Positions 12,359 through 25,686 of a stretch of DNA of 64,000 bases are shown here, piece after piece. The stretch spans positions 4,588,001 to 4,652,000 of the forward strand of contig CM102284.1 of NCBI GenBank assembly GCA_046563655.1, given 5' to 3'. Under the pieces are notes generated by a model. It did no database searches and was not told the origin of the DNA. It worked only from the letters and a program-made list of their open reading frames with translations. This DNA is from Yuukianura sp. NJ FZ-2021 (taxonomy: Eukaryota). How positions within the stretch are numbered: the first letter of the stretch is position 1; each line of letters opens with the position of its first letter. The translations under genes and the position numbers were made by a program.

Positions 12359-14605
12359 TTACGAAGTTACTGTTTGATGACTTAGAGCAGAAGGCATTTG
12401 AAAATACGATGGAGGAAGGGGAACGCAATGAGTGGCCTTGAAGTCGGTCATCAACTTTTCAGCCTGAAAGTTGGTAAATATGACGAAGTCATAAAAACTG
12501 TAAATTGATAAAATGAACTTACAATTTTGATGATAAGGTTGCTCTTTTCTTGAGAAGATAAATCGCCAATGTTGGTTGGAATTTTTAGTTCTGAGTTGTC
12601 TCGGGTAGCAGGGTCAACAACATGTGGTTTTGCCAACCATTGAAACAGGGCCGTCTCAGCTTCCAAGTTTTCCGCGAGCTGTGGGTATCGTTGACGAATG
12701 ATGTCCGCTAATAAATAGTTTCCACGGTTATTAGATAGTACGCCTGGGGGATCAGCGATGATTTCATCTTCTGTACGACGAATCAACCGAATAGGACCGG
12801 TGTATCCTTCTAATTCCCGGCTAATTCGGAGGTTCAAATGATTCCGAATGGTCGATCGAACTGTGATTTCAAAGAACAAGTTAGCTGCCAGTATTTTGTG
12901 TAATTTTTACTAAAACCGTTTTACTCACCAATACTGGATAGAATCATTGGCATTCTTGGTAAAGCTAGGACGAGAACATCGTCAAATGTAGCATCCAAAA
13001 TCTAAAAAAAAACATAAAACAAGTCAACTGTAGCATGTAGCATTGTAGCAAATTACTTTCTGAGTCCTTTAAGGACTCACCAGTGCTTTAATCTTGGGGT
13101 GGGCAGACGCAAGGTGTGCTGCAGGAAAAGCTCCGATCGACCAACCAGACAGCACAATTTCTTCCTCTTTGAAACCAAGGACAGTTGTGGCATAGTCAAA
13201 CACGGCTTCCGCAGCATTTAGCTCTTGAGATGGGTACGAAGCTCCCTAGTAAAATTAAATCATTGAATTAACGTCTCCAGTTAATATTGCATATTGTGTT
13301 GCATTTTGCATTTAGTACTTTTAAAACTTAAAAGTAAAACATGAATATACATTCATTCAAACCGAATAGATTATTACCGAGGAACCAGCAAACCCAGGGT
13401 GGTTAAATCCGAGCACCGAATAGCCGCTGTCGAGTGGTGTTGATCCCATTCCAATCTCATAAAATCCAGCTAACATGAAATTACAGAATACCAATTGTTA
13501 ATTGTGAAATAAGAGTAGACTCGATGATTATTTTCTTCAAACTGAGCTCACCGTTTCCTTCAAAAGTTATCACAAGCGTCTTTCCTTTTTGGTTGATCTC
13601 ACTGTAGAATCAAAGAAAAAATAGATTTCATTAGACATGCAACGTTGAATTCCACAATGCAGCAATTATGAAATTACTTCACAGCAGTGAAACTCGAAAA
13701 ATTCATCGTCCTGATCCAGTTAATATACGCAGCAAACGAAATAATGCAATAATTCTAATTACTAAAGATACGTAAATGCTAAAGAAAAGATAAATAGGTG
13801 CTGGTTTTGCGTACCTTCTGCGATCAAAAAATATCGTATCAATTCCGTTCCCATCTGCAGTTGCAACTTTTGACCGAACTCCACCTAATTCGACGACCAG
13901 CTTCGCCCGGCCTTCCTAAAATAACAATAAAACTTTTGTTACAACACATAAAATGATATGGTTCACTGTATATAACAACTTACGTCAAGTGGTGTTTTTA
14001 GGAGCCGCGACAAAAACAACCCGGGATACAACAGTCGCACGCCAACTGTATGAGCGACAAGCCAGCCCAATCCCCAGCAAATTGTAGTCTCACCTCCCCG
14101 TGCATCTCGAGAAGTTGACGGAGATGTGATTGTACTAACTTTGGCTGACTTGTAACTGACTGGCCATGATTTGAACTCGAAATCGTAGCGACGAAGTAGC
14201 TCTGCATTTTCATTATTAAAGTTCTTCTGAGCCCGTGTTAAGATCTGTAGAAAGTTTTGATACGACGGAGAGACAGCTCTTCCAGCAGCCCGGATCATGT
14301 ATGCAGTAACAACGATAGCTCCAAGATAAAGAAAGTACTGCCATCGGCGCTGCCATATGCAGTAAACAACGCCGGTTGGCATGATGTAACTGACTCCGAA
14401 GTCTCCAATCGTTTCTACTATATTCCCGTCATAAAGTTGTTCCTGAAAAAATAAAAAGTTGATTCAGATTCAAAATACTACCTCAGGAACTTAAAACTTT
14501 ACCAAAATTACTATTTACCAATGTGTTGGAATTTGCTCGGTGATATATTCTATACAAGCGAGGAGCCATGATGCTCTGTATAAATGCCGAAATGACTCCA
14601 AACAT
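12359..14605 (-). CDS. ABHD16A: Phosphatidylserine lipase ABHD16A (BAT5)
   Basis: PRLYRIY N-terminus; TLVITFEGN|AGFYEIG; GYSVLGFNHPGFAGS; nucleophile motif GWSIG; ILDATFDD; IRRTEDEII; NRGNYLL; C-terminal ATHCVPLP. Confidence 0.93.
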
Positions 14606-15977
14606 TTTGTCAACTGGGCAATTTAGGTTGAACGACGAATTTAAATTAGTTCAAATCAAATCCTCCACTTCCGGTAGCAGGAACAGTCACCCCGGCAAGA
14701 ATGAAAATCGAAAATCGGATAGGATTGAATGAGGAATGATTTCTTCAACCTGGTAGTGGTACAGTTGAATTTCTTATACGAAGAGGCAGAAACGAAGATG
14801 TATTGCACGAGTAGACACCGAATGTTGTACACTTCTGCTCGGTGTCCTTTTTACCAGTTTCTTGCGGCCAAAGTCCTATGAAAACCGGGTCAGCTTTTTT
14901 CTTTTTACAATGAACTTCTACTTCACTTCGAAACTTCGATCGAAAAAACTAAAATATTTTCAACTTAACTTGAAACAGTGAAGCAAACAATACTACCCTT
15001 CGCCTATTCCTGATTAAAATCTAACTTCTAACACTTGAAAACCTAACTGAGATTTGGAATTTGGATGGTGATTTCTAGTTTACAGTAATTACTTCAGCAG
15101 CTAAGCATAACGAGATAACGAGATCAGAAGAATGACTTTAGTACACAGACACAAACAGTTGATTTTTTGCAGCAAACAAAACAACCCGAAAAAAAGTTGA
15201 GAGAATAGGAAAAGTCCTCGTCAAAAGTCATCAAAGTCATTACTCAAATTTCGCGCGCTTACCGCAAGACGCTACGTGATTCTGTTATAACTATGAAAAG
15301 AATCATACGTTTGTTTTAGTTATGTTAACATGTAAATAACCTTAAATCCCTAGTTAATTTTTATATATTTACTTGTAAAATATATTTCAATATATTTATA
15401 GTATAGTTTCTGACAAAACTACCCCTCTATAAATTATAGACTATAATCGACAGAATTCATTTCTTGATTTTGCAGGCTTGACATGACGCCACTCAACTAA
15501 ACAGAGAGACAAAAAATGTAAATGGTATAAATCGAATTTCAGATTTTTGGGAATTCTACTATTAGCTCAATTAGAGATGCGTTTGATATAGTAAAATCCC
15601 GCAGGTAGCCTTTGTTAATTGCCTTTTCCTAGAGCAAGATCTTTAGTAAATGTTTTATAAGCTGACGTACATTTGATTGTTAGGGAATCCAGTTTTTTAT
15701 TCTAGGTAAAAGGTAAACTAAACTGGTTTTTACTGCGAATTTATAATTTTTCCACTGGACTTCTGTGTGACTGTTTTGTTTTTTGTGTATTTGTTCGTTC
15801 AATTCAGTTTGAAGTTAAGGTTAAACCATGCGAGTTTTGAAAAGCGAAGCTAGTGGTGCTGCTTCACAAAAGACTAATGGTTCCATATTTTTTAAATAAA
15901 CGGGTTCCAATCTTAACTGAAAGTATCCCGGTTAATTTCGTAAGGTTAACTTAAATTACAAGAATTAGTTGTCCAAA

Positions 15978-16859
15978 ATGAGAGTGACCCTGTGTATACC
16001 TTTAAGAGCTGGAGCTTTGATTTCAGCGTCTTTGGATTCGGTAACATTTCTACAAACAAAAATGAAAGCGAACTGCAAAATATGTTTCAACACAACCTAA
16101 ATTTTCTTTTGAATTGTTCTAGGTCCTGTCCATTTTAGCCTCCTGTTTTAGCGTTTTTCTAATCATAAAAGCTGAATCGGAGCTAACTGAAGAAAATTCT
16201 ATAGAAACTGCATTCGACAATTCTGTACCGGCAGCTTGTCTAAAAGAAATTGTGAACGTATCAAGGCTAAATAGTATGCAATTTCTATCAAAAACATTTA
16301 AAGGAAAAGCAAATTGCCTAATTGTGCTAAATTTTGCTAAATCCTCTTGTAGCGCCTGTTGGAAATACAGTACTTCACGTCATTTTATATTTTAATCTGA
16401 TGTACTGGATCCAAAAAGTTGGACTTGGATTTCTTCTACTCTACGGAGTCATCAAGGTTAGTTAAATGCTAATTAAATGCTACACAAATATTTCTGGAAA
16501 CCAAACAAATCAAAATGTTTTGATTTGGTACGCAGAAACGGGAGACAGCAATTCGACTTTGGTTGTTCTACACCCTAATGCTGCTTATCCTGTCCGTCCT
16601 GTGCTTTCTATCCACCATTTTGCTTCAACTGCTTCATTGGAAGGCAATTCCAATCTACGTAGTTGCATTCGTAATTCGCGAATATTCGTTTTGGATCGTG
16701 TCATCCTATTTGAACCAATTATTGGACTCAGACTCCAAGTCTTTACCCATAACAACGTATGTACCATTTAGCCACGGCAGGGTCATGGAGATGGAAAGTA
16801 TCACTTCCGTTGACCTTACGTTAGGCGCGGAGTCATTTCCAAAGGAAAACTTAGTATAA
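15978..16859 (+). CDS. Small four-transmembrane protein (resembles LAPTM/DUF4728-type arthropod membrane proteins), 4 exons
   Basis: MRVTLCIPLRAGALISA start. In-frame splicing gives four hydrophobic segments including GFLLLYGVIK-KRETAIRLWL and YSFWIVSSY. Confidence 0.7.
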
Positions 16860-17161
16860 TACTAAATACTTGACTTCAGCAGTGCACTTAAAGACAAAAG
16901 CTCTCTCAGGTTAATAAGGTCAGGCTTAAAAATGTGTCAAACACCGCTTTTAAAAACCCAGGATCAATAAATTATTCGCCTTTCGAAGGAGGAAGAACCA
17001 ATTTTAACGAACAGAACCATCCACATCCAGAAGTTCGGAGTTTTCAAAAAGTGGAAAAAAAGTTTTAGAGAAGTTTCAAGAAGAAATGAAGTAAAGATTA
17101 TGTATTAACGTAACTTTAGTAATTAGTAATTAAAATTTGTCAGCTTACCCTAAAATTGATT

Positions 17162-20100
17162 TTATGCATACGATGCTCCTGGAATATATGGCATCCGGAA
17201 GGTGTTGGAGGAATCCTCTTCATAATTTTCCCACGTATCTGAGTCATCTTCATCTCCGTACCTCTGTACTTCCCGTTCCTGTTGTTTTACCGGAGGTACT
17301 GGAATATCCGGAACATCATCTTCTTCATATTGACTATCTGTACTATGTCGTCTCGGCCGTGGCGGTGGAGGCGGAGGAGGAGGAGGAGCGTGCGGTCGAG
17401 GAGACGAAGGCGGAACTGGTGAGAACGCTCTTAAATTTTTGGGACGCTGAATTTCCATGCTTCTGTGATGCGGTGTACTCTTGGCTTCGTCTAAAGTCTG
17501 GTCTGGAATGGAATGCATTTCAGCTGGAGAACTGCTCGGTCTTGAAATTTGTCTCAAGGGTGATGACCGCATATTGAAGTGGTTCTGTCTCACTGGGTCA
17601 ATTCTCAACGGAGCATGAACGATATGACTCAGATCACTGTAGACTTCGCTCTCTGAAGACGGGAAGTGATCTAATCTTGCCGGTGGGTGTGGTCGTATAC
17701 GCATCTGACTTCGGATTTCATCCGGACTGGCCTTGACAGGAGACAATTCAGGTCCATTGACCTGAAGAGATGTGATGTGACTGAATTCCGGACTTCGTTG
17801 TTTATTGTAACCTGGACGGTCGCTTGGTAAGGTAGGGTGAACCACAACTTCGCTTCTTGGAATGTTGATCTTCCTTCCAGTTCTAAAGACAGAGGCATAA
17901 ACAGGACTCGGTTGAGCTTCATCAACGTCCGAATTGGCATCTTCAGCACTTGAAGAAGTTCTGCCTCCTAAGTGGTGGTGGACGGCAAGGTGTTGGATAT
18001 TTTCCTGCCTGGATGGTGATGTCAAGGAACGTGGTGGCGCAGGAAATGTTTTCATGGGACTCGGACTGTCTGGAGTGGGCGGGGTAATATGTGACATTGG
18101 AATTTCTTCTGCGCCAATCCAAGAGATGTTTCGGCGTTCATCATGATCGACGTCCACTTTTCTTCGGAGATCCGAGTCTCTCCTGGGCAATTCCCGATTG
18201 GTACTTGTAGGACGCGTTTGACTTGGCCTTGCATTGGCGACATCGGAAATGTCAGTGACGCCTTCCAGTGGATGTAGAATGCCATCGCTGGCAACAAGTT
18301 TCAGTTGACCATTTGCATCTTGAATATAGGCTTGATTAATGTAAACGTTATTCAGAGAGTCTCTGGGCAGCGCTTCAATCCAATTACTTTCCTTCTTCGT
18401 TAGCTTACGCTTTTGTTTCCGAGCCTTCAGATCTTGCCTTGTCAAACAGCACCAGCAGAGGACAACGATGAATAAGATCAAGACCAATCCCGCGATACAG
18501 CCAATGAGAGCCCAAAATACGTCGATCTGGAGGCATCCATCGGAAAGTCCATTGCAAGCAGTTTGTGTCGCTCTTGGTTCTGGTTCTTCGTCTACCATTG
18601 ACCCCATCTTAACTTCAATCAGGTCAAACGAAAGCGGTCCAGAATTTCCAGCTTCATCGACTCCCCGAATTCCACATAGTAAAATCAGCGGAGAAATGGG
18701 GAGAGATTCATTGAAGAATTCCGTTGTCAGGAACGATTTTGAAACAGTACACTGCTGCACTGCTCCTGCTGCAACTGGAAGGCAATTGTTCCCGCCAACT
18801 TCATCCAGTTTTGTACACAAGCTATTGTCCAGTATCCCATTGTCGGTGTCGTCGGTGCAACAAATGTCATAATGAGCAACAGTTCCAGTTGCATAGTTGG
18901 ATCCCGGGGCCGTAAATTCAAACGTGATGAAATGTTGAGTCGCACTATCCTTGATTTTTATGGTTGACTGTATTCTTGATGGTGGGGCAATGTCAGTCAA
19001 AGGGCTAAGCTTTTCTCCTGTACGAAACGATGCAAGCGTAGTGGTGTATGAAGCAGTTCCCACGTCGTTTAGCGTTTGTACTGAAGTAAAAGACGGACAG
19101 CACTTGGAAGCCATACTGTGGTCCAGCGCAGTCGCTTTGACGTAACTAACAGAAGCGATACTCTTGGCCTTTCCTTTGATTGTTTTCACGGTGACCACAC
19201 CAGTGTGGAAAGACGGAATGGAACTGAAATGGGTTACAAAAGCTGAATAGACGCCATCATCCGCAACCAAATCTGGATCCACTCCGTCGTCCTCTAAGTA
19301 AATGGTGTTTGTATTTTCAGTATTTTGATCTTCATGGACGATTTCCAATGTCACTTCAGCATTTGTCACTGGTTGTTCATGTTCTGTAGAAACCTGGACA
19401 ATAGTTACCATAAATTCAAATTATTTTTTAATCAAATTGAATCAGAATTTAGTTTGATTTGAACTAGTAATTGTTTTGTCGTTACCAAAACATAAACAGG
19501 AACACTCATCAACGTGGGAAGCACTTCAGACAACAGGCTCTTCCCAAACGAAGATTTGACTATTAAATTGCTCTCCGAATTTACAGTTTCACCAAAACCA
19601 ACGAGAGTATAGGTCAACCCAGAACCATTGACCCCTGCTCCGCCTATTTTGATTGTCCAATCACCGACCTAAAATTTCAATTGTTAACATTAGAGTATCA
19701 TACAGCAGACACAGTTTCTTCGGGTAAACTATAATTTCCCTTAGATTTCCATTATGTAATTCCGGCTACGTTACATTTCAACTTTTAGTTTAAATTATTT
19801 ACTTCTTCACCTCATATGGACAACCAGTGCTGCTTGAGGTGTCAAACTGTACCACGTAATTGTAATGAAACAATTTCCAATTTTGACAAAATTTTCCACT
19901 TGGTGAATACAATCTTGCAGTAGAATCAGCAGTATGCAGAGGTAGAAACAGCTGAAAGTTTTCTATGCCAGTGACGAAATGTTCCGGAGCAACCGTGAAA
20001 ATCGCTTCGTCTTCTCCAGTAAATGTGAAGTCAATTACCTGAACAAAGATTTTCCTTCGTTATACTTACTTGATGTGAATTGGGAATAATAAGATTCGAA

Positions 20101-22313
20101 ATAACCTTTTGCGTAAAGTGGTGGCGCTTGGAGCTGTTGGTTGCCAGTATCTCCGTAAAGTAGTTTACGAAAAGCGATGTCGATTGGGCAGAACAATTCA
20201 GCTGTCCCTGAAGACAAGATGGCAGAAACAGAACCTTGTTAGTATTCGGGACGCTGTTGAATTTCAGCCAATCACGTGATCCGTCGAAGGTTAGCACTGA
20301 AAACGTGTGGGGTGACTCGCTGATTTCTGGAAGCGTTTCTACCAAGTCCCCCGGGGGATTGCTGCTGATAAACATCAAGTGCCACTGGTCAGACTGATGT
20401 CCCTATTCAAAAGACAGCAAAAAATTAGCATCAGTGCAGTAAGAATTATGATTTGTGTTGTCTTACACTTAAAATTTGTAGAAACTTTAAAAATGGCTGC
20501 TTCTTCTTATATGGATTCTCCGGGAGGTCAACTTGATTTGATCTGCCCAATCCACGCGCTGAAATCTGCTCGCTGAGTCCAGGCGTTTCTAGTTCTGGAA
20601 TCTTAAACAAAACTTGAACTTTGTCTAGGTCAGAAACGACTCTCGTCACAAAATGTGTGTACGGTTGTGATTGCGACCCTTCGAAGCGCAATACGGCAAT
20701 TTTCGTTCGCGGTTTGACAAGCTGGAGGATTTGGGCCATCGCCTGCTTCACGTACTTTATCCGGTCCTGTTTGAAATAAAATTTCAAAGTTCAAATTCAC
20801 GTTTCCAAAAGTCTCATCCTTCCTAAACTTTCTCTTTAACAAAGCCCGATGTGATTTCTTACAAATTTCCGGATACTCGCATCATCTTCCAGAATAAATG
20901 CATATCCCTGGTTAAAGTTTCCATCTTGTCTCACGATAGAGATTTCCAGATTTCGCGGTTCAGAACTTCCCGGACGCTGTTTTCGAGTATTTGGGAACCA
21001 ATTGCTTTCTTCTCCGTCATTTTCATGATGCTTAAAGTCACGATGTCCAAGAACTACTTCGGAAATACTTCTCCGCTCACATAAGTTTTGTTGAATTTTG
21101 GTAGAAATTCCTATCCGAGCGGCGTCGTTGCACGTCATCTAAAAAATAGAATGTCACTGAGAAGTCACCGTAAGTACATTCTGATTTAATTAGGTAGGCT
21201 TTAGCCGTCCAATCTGCCGCAACCTTAACGGAAACTTCGAAAAACTGAAATGGAACTCTTTTTTTTTCAACTTGAAACGCCGAAAGTTGTAACTGTTAAA
21301 ACGGATTACCGTTAAAATGTCTAGTGTGAGCATAACTCCAACCGATTCATTCTTGAACAACTTCGAAGTCGTTTCTGCATGAAAATTGTCGCAAGGAGTT
21401 AGGACATCCACATCGGAGTCGAAGTTGAACTCGGACTTTGCTCTAGAGGTCACAAAAACGTCAAAAACAGTTTTTTCTCTGGAAAAAAAATGTAATTCGA
21501 ACCTGTTATACAAGGATTCGTCTCGAAAACTGGAACAAGCACTTTGAAATACTCGTCCTTGAATGGAGTAGCAAGTGGAATTGGAGTGATCTGAAATGAC
21601 GGCGACATCTTGGAATACTCCGTATCGAAATTTTGCCCATTCCGCTAGAAGGAATCTTCCTCTTCCTTCTGAATCAAAGTGGTCGTTTTGAAAGAAATCG
21701 ATTGGCACGTAAACAGCGTCAGATTCATTTTCACATCCCTTGTACTGATTTGTCCATGGTACTTTTCCTCTAGAGTAGCTTTGGTTTCCCGTGACCTTGA
21801 AATCTAAAACCAACACAATGCAAAATCAGAAAATATGAAACTTTTCAAGCATACTTCATTAAAATTGGTTTTTTCTCTCTTACCTGCATTCTCATATGAT
21901 TCGAAAATTGCCGCTGAAGAAACGTTTTCTAAAACTTCTCCGCAATTTGACAAGTCCCAAAACGACGGCAGAAGAATTTTCAGAGATCCGAACCTTGCTT
22001 TCCCTTGCGTGCTAGCAGCTAACTGGGCCGAAGTGTACTGGAATGCTTCCTGTAAACAATAAAAAAAAGTCAGTTACGTTTTTTCGAAATTGAAATTTTG
22101 ATTTTTAAGAATTTTATAAACTCAACATCGAAAACTCGCCGTAATGTTTTGGATGAGTTGTTGACATTGACTAGGATCCGTGTCAGGATGAAGGGCTATT
22201 AAGATGTTGTTGTAGACTCCATTGGACATTGTAATTCTGGAGCACTCGATAAATGAAGCAAGTCCAGCTCCAAGTATTATAAAAGCAAACACTAAGCTTC
22301 CTCGAACTGCCAT
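17162..22313 (-). CDS. CLCA-like (calcium-activated chloride channel regulator family) type I membrane protein with vWA-like and Ig/FnIII-like regions and a long Pro/Ser-rich tail
   Basis: Signal peptide, then NGVYNNILIALHP; VPWTNQYKGC; AEWAKFRYGVF (CLCA HEWAH position); QQNLCERRSISEVVLGHRDF; LEDDGVDPDLVADDGVYSAF; DIAPPSRI..FTAPG; TM helix FWALIGCIAGLVLILFIVVLCWCC. Confidence 0.88.
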
Positions 22314-23609
22314 GATTATGCTTACAAATTATTGTAAAACTCAATTGAAATGTTATAACACGCGCACTCTCCACTTCAGATTAAGACAATTGAAGTTTCA
22401 TTCTCGCATAAAAAGAAAACAGGAACCATCGTAGTTTGACTTCAAACCGAAAGTACTTCTCAGTTCGTGTAAACTAAAACATGGATCTGGAAATGTAAAC
22501 TTTAGCAGGAAAAGTTATGAAGGAAGAGAAATTAGCAAAACGGAAGTTGACGCAGAGGGAAACAAGTGATAGCTTCTGCGTCATCACCGTCGCGGTCGTC
22601 GGTCACTCTGCGGTTCTGAATTTCAAGTTTCCGTCAACACTTTGCACTTTATAGGTTGTTTGGTCAAGTGAGTTTTTACGACTCATGCAGAATCGTAAAT
22701 CATGAAATAAAATTATTCGTGTTCTTGAATTGGATCGTCATGTTTATGGAACTCAAAGTGAAACAGTAACCGAAATCCAGCACTATGTTATAGCAGTGGT
22801 TTAATGTTACAAAAGAAACAGTTTTGACTATGAGCACATCTTTAGTTTGTAAGTGCTGTTCCACTTTCACTACTTTCACTTAACAAATTCGCTTAAAAAG
22901 ACTTGACTTAAGAATAACACTAAAAAGAAAGTTCCGCAGAACCTTTCACTACCCGACAAACGGAAATGGCTTTTTGTTGATACAACTGTAATAATAAAGT
23001 ATTCGCTTTGATCAATTTCCTGAATACAAACTGCTACTGGCGGAATTGACTTGTCCAGAACTGGATAAATATTTATGAAAATTGAAAACCGTCAAGTGAA
23101 AATATGGCTATGGGTGGGAATGAATCTGCGTGCGAATTTAATCTATAAATTCTGTTCGCTTTGTAGATAGTCTGACCCATTATTCTGGGTTATCACGCTT
23201 ATCTTCAGCGGCACTACCCGGACACCTTTTGTTTCCCAATTTCATTATTCATCTCAAATTACTCATTGAGGACGATTCACTGCGCCAATATGCTAACGTT
23301 ATGATTCTTTTGCTAAAAGTTTTTAAGCAAAAGTTCTTCGACAAATTCGGGAGAGAAAAAGATTTGCAAAGAGGAGTTATTTCGAACTGACCAAGAAGTT
23401 ATACGAATGTTTGATAGTAAGTTAATGAAGATTGGGAAATTCGTTCTTTACATCTTAGGCGAGATATCTGCGAATAGAAAGAGGTACTGGCTAGTACATA
23501 CAGTCGACATGATTGACGGACACGACTTATTGTACTTTTCGGAATTAGGATTCACTGACCTTGGTAGGAAGCCGAATTCTGTATAAGTTGGTTGGTCGGT
23601 TGTCCGTTT

Positions 23610-24893
23610 TCACTGGTTATGGGCCAATACTTCAAGGCGCTGCTGGATTGAGATAATCATGCGACGAAGATAAAAGTCCTCGTATTCTTTCGGTAACTGT
23701 TTCAGTTGTGCAATGGATTTCTCCAGAGTCCGGAACCCCTGGTAGCAGAACAAAATAATAGTCAGTAGTAATCACAATCAGTCAAGCAGCAGGGAAACAC
23801 AGGACCGACATTTCACATTCGAAGATTGAAACTGAGAAGTTTAAAACTTACCAACTGAGCTGGAATCAAGTCACGATTACCGTACGTATCCTTGTTATCG
23901 TAGAGGCTCGGGCTCAAATTCTTCCAAAACACGTTCACAGAAATACTAAAGTTGAGAGCAACAACGTTGTGAAACCACAGTGCCGGTATATACAAAATGT
24001 CCCCTTCTTCCAGAATAGTTTCGAATCGCTGAACTGTTTCAAACTTCGGAAATGTTTTTAAATCCGGGTTGTCAATGTCCAAAATAAGAGATTTATCCCC
24101 ATCCAAGTACAGGTTGAGAGCTTCCCAAGGCGGAAATAGAACAACACGTTTGCGACCCCGAACTTGAACTAAAATGTTATCGCAGGTATCGTAGTGAGTC
24201 CACAGTTGTAGGTTGGGACTGGTTATCCGGAAAACTGATGAAAAGAATGATTTGGCTGGATACAGTTTTGGAATCTTCAGATCCGCAAACAGTTCCGGAA
24301 ACTGGACTGAAATATCGGCCACTTCCTTCCCCCTGAAAGACAATCCAATTAATGCAGTTGAATTAACACTCGTAAAACGTTTTTTCCTAAAAATAAATAT
24401 GAAAAACCAAAAACCAATGGCTCTGAGAGTGTTACCTCGGATCGAACCCAAGTGACCTCAAGTACAAGTAATCACGTTCTGCAGAATCCTCTTGCGACAT
24501 ATCCCGTGAACAGTGTTCAATTAAATCGCTGAATTCAATCGTATCATAAACGAAATTCTTTGAACGGAAATCCAGTTGCCGAGTTTTGCTGCGATGGATT
24601 TTTACCTTCTGGGATTTGTTGACAGACGTCAAATACTCCGGTGTCCAACGTTTGCAATCTCCAATATCAATTCCTCTTATGACAATTGGATGACGACTTT
24701 CGTTGAAAACGTTTAACACACGTTTGTGTACTGCAGAGCTTGGTGCGGTCGCTTCGTTATCGTTACTGTCCGAATCCAATCCCAAATCCGTAAGCATATC
24801 CGCCTCAGGTTCCGTTGAACTCGACTCCTCTTTGTAAAGACTAAAATTCGGTGGTACTTCAACCAATTCAACAGGTTGGACGTTGGATTTCAT
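23610..24893 (-). CDS. TYW5: tRNA wybutosine-synthesizing protein 5 (JmjC hydroxylase), 3 exons
   Basis: PIVIRGIDIGDC, LDFRSKNFVY, YLRSLGFDPR, FFSSVFRI, LWTHYD (Fe ligands), LYIPALWFHNV, YDNKDTYGNRDL, LPKEYEDFYLRRMI. Confidence 0.93.
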
Positions 24894-25686
24894 TGCAAAA
24901 ATTCAGCCCTCTAATCTTATTATTGTCTGAAGGAAAATTAATTCACCTGAAACTCAATTGATTCATTAATTGCTGACACTGACACCGATTAACTGAGGAT
25001 CTTCGATTAAAATTCAGTCCAGCGTGTTGTTTCTGTTTGTTAACAGTCAGCGAGTCTGCGAGTCAGCTGTTCCTTTTCTGTTTGCTCAAACAAGTCTGCC
25101 GAGTTTTCCGCCATACAAATAGGAAAGTACATGTTCGTACTTAAATTCCGATGAGAACGAACGTAACGTTCTGTCGATTTTTACCGCAATAAGCAATGTA
25201 CAATAAACACTGTATTATATTTAACTTTAATTGAATTTGTGACCTGCCAAATCATTGTAGTAATGCTTGTTTGAAATTAATAAAATCATAGAATATGTAG
25301 TGATTTATTCGACTGCAATGGAGAAAGAGGTGACATGCCATGGACAAGACTCTGGAAACTAGACATTACGGACTAGTGTAGGTTCCTACTACATCTTCTT
25401 TACGTAATCGGAAAACAATTAAACAGAACGCATTATTTTTCATCAGGAATCCAAGTGCTAGAGATAATAAACAAGAGAACGTAGAAACTCCTAACGTTCT
25501 ATTAGATAGAAGCAAATACTAATTGAATTTAAGTAATTTACCTGTAAATTATAAACTGCAATTCTGACCAGATCAAGCAAACAATAGCTTCGGTAACACA
25601 GTTAATTTGAACAGATACAATATTGTTTTCTTTAGAGGATATTGTAATATAATTAACTCTGGGAAGACCAATAGGCATTTATAGGC

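Noticed and set aside
15249-15256. E2F-like TTTCGCGC between divergent genes (similar motifs near 37792 and 61276)
   Set aside because: Single short matches; plausible but not supportable from sequence alone.
17137-19145. Several plus-strand ORFs (e.g. 17137-17577, 18468-18872)
   Set aside because: Antisense shadows of the large CLCA exon with no motifs of their own.
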